64,000 nt of DNA from an uncultured Nitrospinota bacterium (GTDB taxonomy: Bacteria; Tectomicrobia; Entotheonellia; J063; CAVPRW01), in the NCBI GenBank assembly GCA_963707985.1, contig CAVPRW010000035.1:83063-147062 (forward strand), written 5' to 3'. The position numbers were made by a program, and so were the translations under genes. This document shows, in pieces, positions 1 through 14,819 of the stretch; the first letter of the stretch is position 1; every line of letters starts with the position of its first letter. Below the pieces are notes generated by a model, which saw nothing but the letters and a program-made list of their open reading frames with translations, had not been told where the DNA came from and searched no databases.

Positions 1-983
1 GCAAAGTCATGTCATTGCGCACAGCGCGTTCCGAGATGGACTCGTGCAAATGCTCGAAAACCTCTCGAAAAGGGTGTGGTCTGCCGTCGGCAAGGAATTG
101 AAGGATGCGCCGTTGCCGGTCAGTCAGATCGTGGCTCACCCGCAACGGCGGCGCGTATGCACTCGGCAGGAACCGCACCACCACGGCGCCGGCCTGCTCC
201 TCGAACTCGGGTTCCGGCTGACCCGCGGCCACACACCAGTCCACAATCTTTTGCGTACCTCGGCCCCACTGTTCAATCAGCCCACGCCGGAAGAAAACCT
301 CGGCGATCAACGGGTTGCGGGGGAAGGAAACGTGGTTCCGCTTCAGGTCGTCCACCGTGATGTCCGCAGGCAACAACCCCGCACTGATGATTTCCAGCCG
401 ATCATCGAAAATGGCGACGTTCACCGCTCCACCTGGAATCGTGTAATCTCGATGACACAGCGCATTGACGAGTGCTTCCCGCAACGCCAATGGCGGATAC
501 AGCAAGGTCCACGTCAGCGACCGTGTACCCCTCGGCCACCTGCCGTTCCCACCGCCCCTGGGCGTTCGCCCGTGCCAGGAGCCGGCGTTGGTATTCCGTT
601 TGCGGCATCCGGGAAGTCGTGTTCCCGATCCGCAGGTATGGTCTGCCGTCGAACGTGTAGGGGCCGTCCGTGCGAAGCGTCGTTTCCAGTATCAGGACTT
701 CCTTGGTCCCGGACACAGGAATGCGGCTCTGTGCGATCCATACGGGCGGTTCCAGCTTGCGGATCGCATTGGCCACTTCCTGAAACGTGGCGTCCGTGGT
801 GTCTTGGCCTTGAATCTTGCCCGCATTGGTGACACCGAAGAGGACTTTGCCGCCCGACCCATTTAGGAAGCCGCAGAGCGTCACCATCCCGCCCTGCAAC
901 TCACCGGTGGTCTTCTTGAACTCGACGTGTTCCCACTCGCCCTTGCTCTCGGCGATCAGGCGTTGCAGTTCGGTCAGTGTCAT
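1..983 (-). pseudogene. AlbA_2 (Schlafen-like) + HATPase_c_4 + HTH protein, internally deleted/frameshifted, runs off the window start
   Basis: N-term EWEHVEFKKTTGEL..LCGFLNGSGGKVLFGV (AlbA_2); after ~505 another frame gives LYPPLALREALVNALCHRDY..IFDDRLEIIS, then RNPLIAEVFFRRGLIEQWGRGT (HATPase_c_4); the middle domain is missing. Confidence 0.75.
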
Positions 984-1012
984 GATGCCGGGTGCGGTCA
1001 TGCAGTGCCTTC

Positions 1013-3683
1013 CTACTCGCCGGTGCGCATGAGGGCGTTGTCGAAGTACATGAGCAGTGCCGGGTCTTCCTGAATCACCGCATCCGGGACTCGCTTGGCC
1101 ATCTGCACGATGGTCGTGTAGTCCTGCTTCTGCCAGCATTCCTTGAAGCCAGCCCGCAGCGCCTCGGTGCGGACCACTTTGAGCTTGCCCTTTGAATCGA
1201 GGTACTGCTGGAACTCTTTCATCAACGCCCGGTGACGAAGTTGCTCAAGATCGCTTTCCTTTCTTGGATCAGGAACTCGCCATCTACCGTCGCCATCCTC
1301 AACGAAGTTCTGTTCGAGTATCGTCTGAAGCTCCAGAGGCTTTTCGTACTTCTCCCACACTCGCTGCGCTTCGCTCATGTACAGAGGTTGCAAGTCCTTG
1401 TACTTCTGCGCCTTTTCGGACAATTCACGACGTACCCATTGAATAGCCCCTTTCTCATCGCTAATGAAGAGTTCAAGTTGCTCGACTCCTTTCGCTTCGA
1501 GCCGCCCCCGATCATAGGTGCTTGCTTGTTCTGGCAGGAAGTACATCCCTTCTCTCTCTGGAAACTTCTGCTTAAGGCCGAGATAGAACTCGGATGCAGT
1601 CATTGGAACGGAAGAACCTCGTTGAACGTGGAATGCAACCATGCGGTCGAACAACAGATGTTGCTGTCTCTCGGCGAGGATTTCAACCTTTTCTCCTTTG
1701 ACACTGAAAACTGGTAAGTGCGTGAAGTGTTGACGAATAAACTCCCAGGCCACGTCCTCCGAGCCTGCCTTCAGCCGAATATTCTCCTCCAGCGCAACGT
1801 CTGGCTTGTATGCGGAGATAATCAAGTCCTTTTGCACTGCGCCAGCAGCCGTTTGCTGCTTCATCGTAAGCTGCTTCTTGTCAAATACCCGAACATCTCC
1901 AACGACAAATCCCGCCTGCTCAAGAGCGATCTGAATCGACATCCACACCGCATTGTGCGAATTATGGAATTCGACCGTCATCCACCGACCGGGCTTCAAA
2001 ACCCGATACGCTTCTTGGAAGGCGGAAGACATCAGGTCGTGGTACTCTGAAAGGCCCTTATTCTGGCTCTTGCTGACGATGGCTTCGGAAGACTGATTGG
2101 TGAATACACCAAACCATGCTTCCCACATGAAATTTAGTTCTGAGTAAACGATATTTCCGCCGAAGGGCGGATCGGTGAAGATGTAATCGACAGACTCATC
2201 AGAAAGAAGTAGCTGGGTGGCTGAGGAGGTCGAAATTGCCACCGGGGAATTGCCACTTCGACTTCGGCTCATCTTTGCAATCTTGCCTTTCAAGGCATAC
2301 CACGGCGCTACTTCAGAACGAACCTGCGCAATGTACAAGAATCCTTTCAGGTAGCGATTGACCTGCGAGTAACTGCTAGCGAAGTATCGGTTGAGCCGGG
2401 TATGTCCGACACCAACCGACTGTAGCCACCATCGCAAGCGTGGCTGAAGGTCTGCGGGAGCCTTGTTGACTCTCCATTGTAGCCAAGCAACTGCACGAAG
2501 CGAACGTCGGTAGTAGAACTGATGAAAGTGTGTGATTCCAAGATGGTATCCCGCCCTGTGCATATCTCCCCACGATGCGTTGTCGGTGTGCATCATCCGT
2601 ACCAAGGGGACCGGATGCGGAATAGGCTCTTTGACAATTCGGTCGAGAATCTCCATGTCGGCTTTGTCGGGTTCCTTCCGCCTGACTTCTTTGCCTACTC
2701 GATAAACCACGAGCGCCAACGTCTCCTTCTGTTTTGTGGCTGTGGCCTGAAGGAGATCATCAAAATAAGTCTCTTTGACTCGGCTGTAATTGTCACGATT
2801 GTTTACCGAGCCGCACGACGGACACTTCATGTCCTTATCAGCGCTCTTGTGACCCGTCTCTTCATCAACGCCTTCATCCCAAAAAACGATTTGATGTCCA
2901 CAATCGGGACAGGCGAATACATCAGACCACACATAGTAGTCTACGGGTGCGGGTTTCTTTGAGGCTGAGTCACGGGTCGTGAACATCCAGCCGCACTCTT
3001 CTTGAAACTCACCCAGGATGAGGTTGCATTCACGTTCAAACGCCACTTCGTCGCACCCAGCGTTGTAGTTCGCAGCGATGTGTGTTGCTGCGGGGGCGAG
3101 ATCAACCAGAAACGCAAGCCGCTCTCCCACTTGATGCTTCGGCAATGTCGGAGAGAGTTCACGGACGAAAGCGGGGTCAGCGCAGGCTTGTAGCGCCAGT
3201 CCCATCATCCCTGTTCCACAGAAAAGATCGAGAACCACATCCCCTGGTTGCGTGTAGTGCAGAAGAAACCGTGCGATGGCCCGGTAGGGAACCTTAGTAT
3301 GGTAAGTGTGGACGTTGTAGAAATGTTCTCCCTTTCCTTCGGTGATGTCCGCAGCAAAAGGAGGCAGAGTTGCTACGGCATTTGTCCGAGAGCGGCCAAT
3401 GTGTGTCTTGGTCCATACCGAAAGCACTTCCTCAAGAAACGGATTCGGGCAGGCCGTGTAATACGGTGGGTCGGACATCGCCAGAATGTCCTCGTCCTCG
3501 CCGATGGGGAAGCCTTCGATCTTGCGAAACGCCGGGTCTTTCAGCTTCTCACGCAGCTTCTCCGTGAAGTACGTCGCGCCGTGCCTCGTCGTTCGGGAAC
3601 GTCATCCCCAGGCACTCGACCGACCCTTGGGTGGCCATGTCATTCTCGGCTTCAAACAGGTCTTGCTTCGTTTTCTTCGCCAT
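1013..3683 (-). CDS. DNA adenine methyltransferase, PglXI-like (BREX type 3); frameshift near 3575
   Basis: Motif I LDLFCGTGM, catalytic DYIFTDPPF, CxxC..CxxC zinc ribbon; N-term VECLGMTFPNDEARR..FRKIEGFPIGEDEDILAMSDPPYYTACPNPF restored from ATG at 3683. Confidence 0.8.
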
Positions 3684-3704
3684 ATCGAGTATGCCTTTAC
3701 TGGG

Positions 3705-6700
3705 TTAGCCTTCCAGGAGAATCTTCTTGCGTGCGATCCGCTCGATCTCGGCGGCGTCGATGCTGCCGTCAGCGCCGTCCTCGGACGTGATGACCCGGTC
3801 GAGATAGCCGTTGTCCTCGTACCACTGCCGCTTGCGGTCCCACGCTTCCCGGTACGACGGGACCGACAGCATCCCCAGGTGTTCCCAATAGAACGTGTCG
3901 CCCTCGTAGCTCACCGTGAAGTCCGGCAGCTTGAAGTCGTTCGGGTCGTCCTTGGACGCGAGCTTCTGCTCGTACTCGTAGCTGATGCCCAGGCTCGTCA
4001 GCATGTCGGCGACGATGACCTCGGACTTCGAGCGGACCATGATCCCTCGGTGTGCGAGCGGGTGCGGTGGATCAGGTGTGCGGCGTAGTAGCGGTCCACC
4101 GATTCGGGCCGCACGGCCAGCACGAACATATTCGTGTTCCGCAGCAGCGTGTCGGAACACTGCGGGTTGCGGAGCTTTTCCAGAACCGTCGTGTCCCGCT
4201 CGATCAGCAGCACCATCTTCTGCCGGAAGCGGGTCAGGCCGGTGTACAGCAACTCCCGTGAAAGCGTCGAGGCGTTCTTGGGCAGGATCAGGAACACGAT
4301 GTCGAAGTCGCTGCCCTGCGACTTGTGGACCGTCAGGGCGTAGGCCAGTTCCAGTTCGCCATCGACATTGGGCCGAGGGTAGTAGTAGGACGACAACGGC
4401 TGCGTCGAGAACTGGACCTTCATCGAGTCGGCCCTGTCGCCTTTCCCTTCGGAGGTCTGCACCACGAGGCCGATCTCGCCGTTGGCGACGTAATCCAAGC
4501 CCCTTGCCCTTCGGGATAGGACGTCTTCCGGCAGTTGATCGCCTGCATCACCTTGTCGGTCCAGACGATCTCCTGCTCGCCGAACGGCTTGATGCCCTTC
4601 CGCTTCGAGTGGTTGAGCATCCCGCCCCGGTACTTCGCCTGAATCTTGCGGTTGATCTCGGTCGTGCCGAACTCATGGTTGCGCACCGGGCTGAGAATTT
4701 GCCAACGCTCGGCCAGCACCGGGTCGTTGTGCTTCGAGTCGTCAGCGAGTCCGAGGCTGGCGTTGAACGGAATGTACGCCTTCTTGTCGTCGGTCAGCTT
4801 CAGGTGCTTCTTCATCGCGGCGGCAAGCTGTTGCTCCAGTTGGCTGCCGTCCCGCCAGTAGCGGACCTCCAGATCGCCGCCGACGTCCTCACGGGCGACA
4901 CGGGAGAGCATGTCGTCGTCGCCGGGCGACGTGTCGTCGCGCAGGTAGCCGTCCGCCAACTGCAGGGCCTGGCTGTCGTGGTCTTCGTGTCTGGCCCGCT
5001 CCATCAGCCGGGCCAAGCACTTCTTTCGCTCGTCGTCGGCTTCGAGCCAAGCGATGATGTCCACGAACGGGCGACCGGGACCGATGGGCGGCAACTGGTT
5101 CGGGTCGCCGACCAGGATCAGGCGATTCACCTTGTTCAAGTCCAAGCGCCCGGAACAGCACGCCGAGCAGGTCCATCGGGATCATCGACGCTTCGTCGAT
5201 GATGACGGTCGGTGCGCCGTGCTGATCGCCGCCCTGGAGCTTGAGGGCGAAGTTCTCCGGGTTGAGCCATTTGTGCCGCATCAAGAACTGGTGGATCGTG
5301 TAGGCGTCCCGCACGCTGCCGTCGTCCCGCTTGGTGCGGTCCATCAGCCGCACACGGGCCTTGCCGGTCGGAGCCAGGAGCAGGATGGGCCGCTTGCCTT
5401 CGAGTTCTTCCAGCCCGTTGAGGAAGACCTTCAGCACCGAGGTCTTGCCGGTCCCGGCCCGACCGCACAGCACGCTGAAGCGGCCTTCGTAGAGCTTGGC
5501 CAGCGCCTCGGCCTTTTCCTTCCTGGCCCGTTCTTCGACTTCGGGCGGCAGCTTGGAGCCGCTTCTTGCCGAACTCATCCAGCAGCAGCTTCTCCCAACT
5601 CCACCCGGCCTTGGGCGGCGAGTTCTTGGCCTTCGTGCGCCGGGGCAGGCGGTTGCTGACTTCCCGCTCCAGTTCGGAGAGCCACTTCAGCGCCATCGTC
5701 GGCGGATCGCCGTCCACCCGGAAGTCGAGCGCTTCCTGGTAGAAGCTGGCTTGGCCCAGCACCAAGTCCCGATCAGGCCGACAGGCCCGGCGCTCCGGGA
5801 ACCGCTTCGTGATGCGGTTGACGGTTTCAGCGAAGGGGAGCAGCGTGTCGCCGTTTTGGGCCGCACCTTGCAGCACGGCGACGGCCACGCCACGGACCCG
5901 GCGGGGATCGTCCTGGGCGCAGATGTCGTCCTTGTCGATGAAAGCGGGCGGCAGCGCCTTCGGGCCGCATTCCCCGGTCGATGGTTTCGAGGGCGATCAG
6001 GTCCGATACGCCGTCGCCCTGGTCCATCTCCGAGAGCAGGTAGGGATTGGCGACCAGTTGCTCGTCGGTGGCGCTGATGCCACAACCCGATCGCTTGTCC
6101 GGGTTGGCGACCCGCTCCACCTGCGCCGGCGACAACTCAAAGCGGACCAGCAGCGAGAGCAGCTGGCGGCGTGGCTCCTTGTACGCCGTCCAGCGTTCAC
6201 CGGCCTGCTTGAGCGCCTTGGCGTACTGCTTCTGCTCGCACTTGCGGCGACCTTCGAGGATGGCCAGGACATATTCCCAGGCGTTGTCGCCCTTGTTGAG
6301 CAACGGCAGCAAGACTTGTCGCTGGAAGGCCGTGCCGGACTCACAGCCGAGGTACTGCAGCACACTGCCGATGCCGGGGAATGGGCCACGGTTTTGCCAG
6401 ACTTCGGAGAGCACGTCGTTGAGCCAGACGAGATGCCGATCCCAATCGCCGGGGACTTTGTCCTCGTCCTTGACCGCCTGGACTGATTGCAGCAGCCGCT
6501 CCAGCGCCCCCACCGCCATGTCGTCGCCGAGATGCTCGCCGACGTAGGAGAAGTTCAGCATCGCCCCTTCGGGGACGAGGCAGAGGATGTTCTTCGGGTC
6601 GTGACCGGCCTTGAGGTATTCGTGATAGGGGAGCCGGAAGCCCTGGTTCTCGAAGTCGTGCGTGATGCAGCGGGACCAGATCGGGTACTGGTCCGGGTAC

Positions 6701-7296
6701 TTCGGCAGTTTGGTCCCGAAGAAGAGCTGCGGGCCGATCTGCGAGATGCGGCTGACGCCCAGCAGAATGCGGTTCAGGCTTTCATCGAGCGGGTTGCCGT
6801 GGTTGCAGTAGAAGAAGATGAGCGACTTGTCCTTCTCCAGCTTGCCCCAAAAGTTGCGCAGCAGTGCGATCTGCCGGTCGGGTTCAAAGACCCAGCCGAA
6901 CTCCTTGTCCTTCGTGTCCGACGTCCCGGATGTCGAGCTTTTCGTCCTCGCAGATGATGCGGAAGTTTTCCTCTCGCATCCAGCGGTACGGCGAGGGGCA
7001 GACGGAGTACGGCGGGATGTCCTCGCGCACCGAGGGCAACTGACGGAATTCGAGCGGGTCGTTGTGCGTGATCGTGTAGCCACGGGGCGAGAACGCAATC
7101 GGGTCACGGGAACATGGCGGCTGCCAGCCGTCGAGTTCGGCCAGCGGCAGGCCCGCCGCCTCATCCTCGCGGTCGTCGTCTCGACCGTCCCGGATGTGCT
7201 GCTGCACGATGCAATAGGCGTTCTTGCTGGGGTGGTCGCAGATGTGACCATCCCAGGCCCGGTCGTGCCAAACCAGGCGTGTGGACAGGTGCGTGG

Positions 7297-7300
<4 letters not shown>
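3705..7300 (-). CDS. RecD-like SF1 helicase with C-terminal PD-(D/E)xK-like nuclease domain (several frameshifts)
   Basis: GRAGTGKT, IIDEASM, LVGDPNQLPPIG, AYALTVHKSQGS, LLYTGLTR; C-term VRSKSEVIVAD..YEYE..LPDF..YWEHLGM; GTG start at 7300 after GGGAGG. Confidence 0.8.
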
Positions 7301-11016
<3,716 letters not shown>

Positions 11017-11034
11017 GGCGACGTTGATCTCCTT

Positions 11035-11513
11035 CAGATTGTTCGACCGATGCCGACCGGTGATGACGACGGCTTCGATCTGCTTGAACTGAACGAACTC
11101 AGGATGGCCAGGCTCGGCGTAGGTCAGGGTTCCATCCCGGAAGCTGCCGTTCCACGAGGCGACGAAGGTGCGGTTGCGGCTCGACACCTGGAGCAGACGC
11201 AGCGGTTCGACCTCCAGGCTCGGGTCGAACAGAATCTCCAGGTTGTCCAGCAGCACCACGTCGCCGGGTCGGCGGCGATCACTTCCTTAAGCAGTCGCTC
11301 GACCTGTCGCGACCGCTGGGTGCGGGTCAGTTCGAGCATCCTCTTACTGAGCTCGAGATTGACGTTCAGCAGAGGAAAGCCGTTCTCCTGCGCCACGGAT
11401 TGCAGCACGGCCGTTTTACCCGAACCGGATGGAGCCACGAGAAGGACGAGTCGGAAATACTGGCCCGCGGCCTGACGAATGGCTTCTTGCAGGTTTGTCG
11501 CCTGACTCGGCAT
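11035..11513 (-). CDS. brxF: BrxF-like small P-loop ATPase (one frameshift near 11260)
   Basis: [69 protein letters not shown]; directly upstream of the DUF6079 gene. Confidence 0.8.
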
Positions 11514-11697
11514 GAAATCCACCCCCTGAGCCATCGATTGAAAGAGCGTGCCACTGCGCAGCTGCCAAGCAGCCTGTTGACATCGCGCTGTCGGTCGGCC
11601 TACGTTGTGTCGGTACGGATTGTGGACCTACGCGGGTCGGTCAGCCGAACCGCTCCAGCCGAAAGGCTTTCCTGTGCCCCTTGAAAGAAGTGTTTTG

Positions 11698-11726
11698 TTG
11701 ACTGTAAACTGCAATCAGTGTACGAT
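11698..11726 (+). promoter_or_regulatory. sigma-70 promoter of the XRE gene
   Basis: TTGACT-17 nt-TACGAT; in-frame ATG at 11733 lies at the expected +1. Confidence 0.6.
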
Positions 11727-11732
11727 CTTCCT

Positions 11733-12095
11733 ATGAAATACACAAGCAGGAAACCGCTCATGCCATTCGGGCAAACGATTCGAACACTCCGCAAGGCCAA
11801 GAACCTGACATTGCGTGACCTGGCCTCGAAGGTCAAGGTGACGTTCACCTATCTTTCAAAGATCGAAAACGAGAAGCTCGATTTTGGCGACTACCCCAGC
11901 GAAGCGGTCATCCGAAAGCTCGCCCAAGCCCTCGATGCCGACCAAGACGAGCTGCTGCTTTTGGCCGGGAAAATTCCCGACGCCATCAGAAAGCGAGTAC
12001 TCCAACGACCCGATGTCTTTCGCAAGCTCGCAAAGCTGGATGATGAGAGGCTGGATCGGGTGCTGGCTGTTCTGGATGATGAGGTCACCAACTGA
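11733..12095 (+). CDS. XRE-family HTH transcriptional regulator
   Basis: FGQTIRTLRKAKNLTLRDLASKVKVTFTYLSKIENE..PSEAVIRKLAQAL. Confidence 0.85.
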   Translation: MKYTSRKPLMPFGQTIRTLRKAKNLTLRDLASKVKVTFTYLSKIENEKLDFGDYPSEAVIRKLAQALDADQDELLLLAGKIPDAIRKRVLQRPDVFRKLAKLDDERLDRVLAVLDDEVTN

Positions 12096-12149
12096 TGACG
12101 CTGAACCGCGGGTGCCTCTCGGACAACTGGCAATGAGTCATCACGAGCA

Positions 12150-12948
12150 TATCGCAAGCCAGCTTTGGGGGGTGGATTGCCAGCTTTCTCGTCCATCAAC
12201 GGTAGAAGACTGCTCCGAATGCCCGATGGAGCGCTGTGCGTCGGGCAACTTGGCCCCATTCTCCAGCGCGGTGGCGCGGATCCATTAGGCGTTCTCAGGA
12301 TGAAGAGTCAGCCCATCCCGCTTAACCCCTTTCGAGTCACTCGCCATAGGTGAGCAACCGATTCATTGATCCGGCGCAGCGTGGCCAGGTCATGGAAAAA
12401 GCAGAAAAAAAAACAGCCAGAAAAAAAATAGGAGGAGAAAGAAGAGAAAAAAATGAGAAAGAGGGGAATGAGGGAAGGAAAAAAAAAAGAAGAAAGAAAG
12501 AAAAAAAAAAAGAAATAAGGAAAAAAGAAAAAATAAAAAAAAAAAAAAAAAAATAATAAGAATGAAGATAAAGAAAATAGAAAATATAGATGCGACGAAT
12601 GAAGAAAATGAAAAAAGAAAATGGGAAATGAAGGAAGAAGAAGGATAGAGATGAAAGATAAAATTAAGAGAAAAGAGGAAAGAAAGATAAAAAAGGAGAA
12701 AAAGGAATAAAGGGAGAAAGAGGAAAAAAAAAAAAAAATAAAAATAAAAATGATGGGGGGCATCGCTGTTTTCGGTGAGACGTGAACGCGGCGTCTCCGC
12801 CGCCCATGTGCCTCGACTGAGCCCCCCAAGGCGCATGGCCTTGCGGAGTCGCTGCGGTGGGAAGCCGCTTTAGGCGGGAATCGATCGATCCGGACGCGAC
12901 GGTGTGCTCCTTCTTAGCCGTCGGTCCCAGACCTGTTGTATCTGTCAC
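12150..12948 (-). pseudogene. Probable tyrosine recombinase remnant, centre obscured by a low-complexity tract
   Basis: C-terminal part reads LTLH..ATALENGAKLPDAQRSIGHSEQSST (box-II-like, frameshifted); N-terminal part SIDSRLKRLPTAAT; lies at the island edge. Confidence 0.35.
12394..12750. other. A/G-rich low-complexity tract, probable base-calling or assembly artefact
   Basis: ~360 nt almost entirely A/G with long poly-A runs and no periodic unit, in a GC-rich context. Confidence 0.75.
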
Positions 12949-12967
12949 GACGTGCTTGCCATGCGTC

Positions 12968-14044
12968 TCATGCCACCGCCTCGCGCCGCGTCGGCGGCCG
13001 AAACTCCGGCATCACGCGCTCGGCGAAGAGCCTCAAGCTTTGCATCGTCTTCTCGTGCCCGTAATAGGGCGGATAATGGAGCAGGAGCGAGGTCAGCCTG
13101 GTTTGGTCGCGGAGCGCCTGGAGCTTGGCGATCACTGTCTCGGGTGAGCCGTGCACGAGCGTCGTGGCGGCGAGGGTGTCGTAGTTCAGAGTGTCGACGC
13201 GGCTCTTCTCCGAGACGGTGCCGAGATACCCCGAGGTCGCCGAACTCATGAAGTGGCTAATGTGACGCACGATGCCCGCTTCGGTGTCGCGCTTGGCCGC
13301 CGCATCGGTCTCCGCCACGTAGACCCAGCGCGCCACGTCGACCTTGCCGCACGCCGGATTCCGGTCGAGGGGCGGCGGGGCCTCTTTGATGTGCTCCCGG
13401 TAGAAGTCGACCTGCCGCGCCAGCGTCTCGACCGATGGTAGGGTGGAGAGCATGAGACCGAAGCCGTGCCGCGCTGCATACGCCATCGAGCGCTCCGTGC
13501 CGGCAGCCATGAAGAGCGGCGGGTGAGGCTGCTGGACGCTGACGGGGAAGAGTTCGTACTCGCCTTCGATCGTTGAACGGAAGTACGTCCCCTGATGCGT
13601 GACGCGACGCGTGTGCAAGAGCTCGAGGATGAGCTCGATCGCCTCTTCCTGCGTGTCGTGACGGGCTTCGAACTGGCGCCCGAAGCCAGCGAACTCGTAC
13701 GGCCGGTAGCCCGAACCCAGCCCGATCATGACGCGCCCACCCGATAGGATGTCGACGAAGGCCATATTTTCAACCACGCGCACGGGCTCGTAGAGCGGCA
13801 CCGTCACCACCGCGGTGCCGAGCCGGATGCGTGAGGTCTTGGCGGCCAGGTAGCCCAGGTACGTGAACACGTCGGGCATGATGCCGTACTGGTTCGAGAA
13901 GTGATGCTCGGCGACCCAAGCCGTGTCGTAGCCGAGCGCGTCCGCCGCCTGAATCTCCGCCGTCACCCGGGCGTGGACGTCCCGGTGCGGGTAGGGCTCG
14001 CGGGCGTGGTCAGGGTGCGACGTGAACAGGATGCCGAATTCCAT
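12968..14044 (-). CDS. LLM-class (luciferase-like) flavin-dependent oxidoreductase
   Basis: GYDTAWVAEHHF, TSRIRLGTAVV, DILSGGR..GLGSGY, PVSVQQPHPP. Confidence 0.9.
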   Translation of the reverse strand: MEFGILFTSHPDHAREPYPHRDVHARVTAEIQAADALGYDTAWVAEHHFSNQYGIMPDVFTYLGYLAAKTSRIRLGTAVVTVPLYEPVRVVENMAFVDILSGGRVMIGLGSGYRPYEFAGFGRQFEARHDTQEEAIELILELLHTRRVTHQGTYFRSTIEGEYELFPVSVQQPHPPLFMAAGTERSMAYAARHGFGLMLSTLPSVETLARQVDFYREHIKEAPPPLDRNPACGKVDVARWVYVAETDAAAKRDTEAGIVRHISHFMSSATSGYLGTVSEKSRVDTLNYDTLAATTLVHGSPETVIAKLQALRDQTRLTSLLLHYPPYYGHEKTMQSLRLFAERVMPEFRPPTRREAVA

Positions 14045-14303
14045 GCCGTCTCCTCTCTGCGGCGCTTGTCAGACGCCGGCCCTTTGCCAACACTCTCGCG
14101 TCACGTTCACTGTGAGGCGGCGGAACGTGCGGGCCGGTCGGGACGACCTCCGCGACCTTTGCCTATCGTTACAGGATGCGTGGGGCTCTGGGCCGTCGTC
14201 TGCACGACCGCGTTGCCCGGGCGTTGTGGCCTGCATCAACTGCGTCAGCATCTCCTTGACGCCTGTGGGTCATGAAGCCGGCTCACGCATGAGGACCCCT
14301 CGT

Positions 14304-14818
14304 CTATGGTGCGCGTGAGGGCTGGGTCAGAATCGCCACGCATTGCTGCACTGCCGACGCGGCTTTGGCGCGCAACTCCGCGTCATCGTTGTGACTGATC
14401 GGATGCGGAATCACCGCGAACGGGAGGCCGGGCGTGCCCGATACGTGGGCCATCGCCTGTGCGGTCGGCACGAACCGATCGGTGATGATCGCGGTCGCCG
14501 CAATCCCCGTGTTCTCGACCACGATGGCATCGTGCATACTGCACGACGAGCAGCTGCCTCAATCACCCACGGCGGAGATGACGGCCGTCGCATGACGCCA
14601 GAGCGGCGATGACCTCGGCGGGCGCCGGCCGCGTGAAATCAGGTTTCTTGAGACGAAGGACGTGAGCGACGCCATACTGGGAGCGCAGCATCTCCTCCAC
14701 ATGGTCGAGCAGCTCCCGGACACGGATCTTCCCGTTGTCTAAGAGCCCAATCGTCGCACCGGCTGGCGACGGCAGCGCTGGGCGTGACATTCACCGGTGG
14801 ATCGAGCACGCGAGGCAT
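14304..14818 (-). CDS. UGSC-family selenoprotein 1 (in-frame TGA at 14559-14561; upstream frameshifts)
   Basis: IGLLDNGK..KPDFTRPAP..VISAVGD-TGA-GSCSSCSMHDA..FAVIPHP; hairpin follows the TGA. Confidence 0.8.
14529..14558 (-). promoter_or_regulatory. Bacterial SECIS-like hairpin after the Sec codon
   Basis: TCGTGCA-GTA-TGCACGA perfect 7-bp stem; loop G at +20 from the TGA. Confidence 0.65.
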
Positions 14819-14819
14819 G

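Noticed and set aside
12308..12836. Phe-rich and Lys-rich ORFs
   Set aside because: Translations of the low-complexity A-tract, not real proteins
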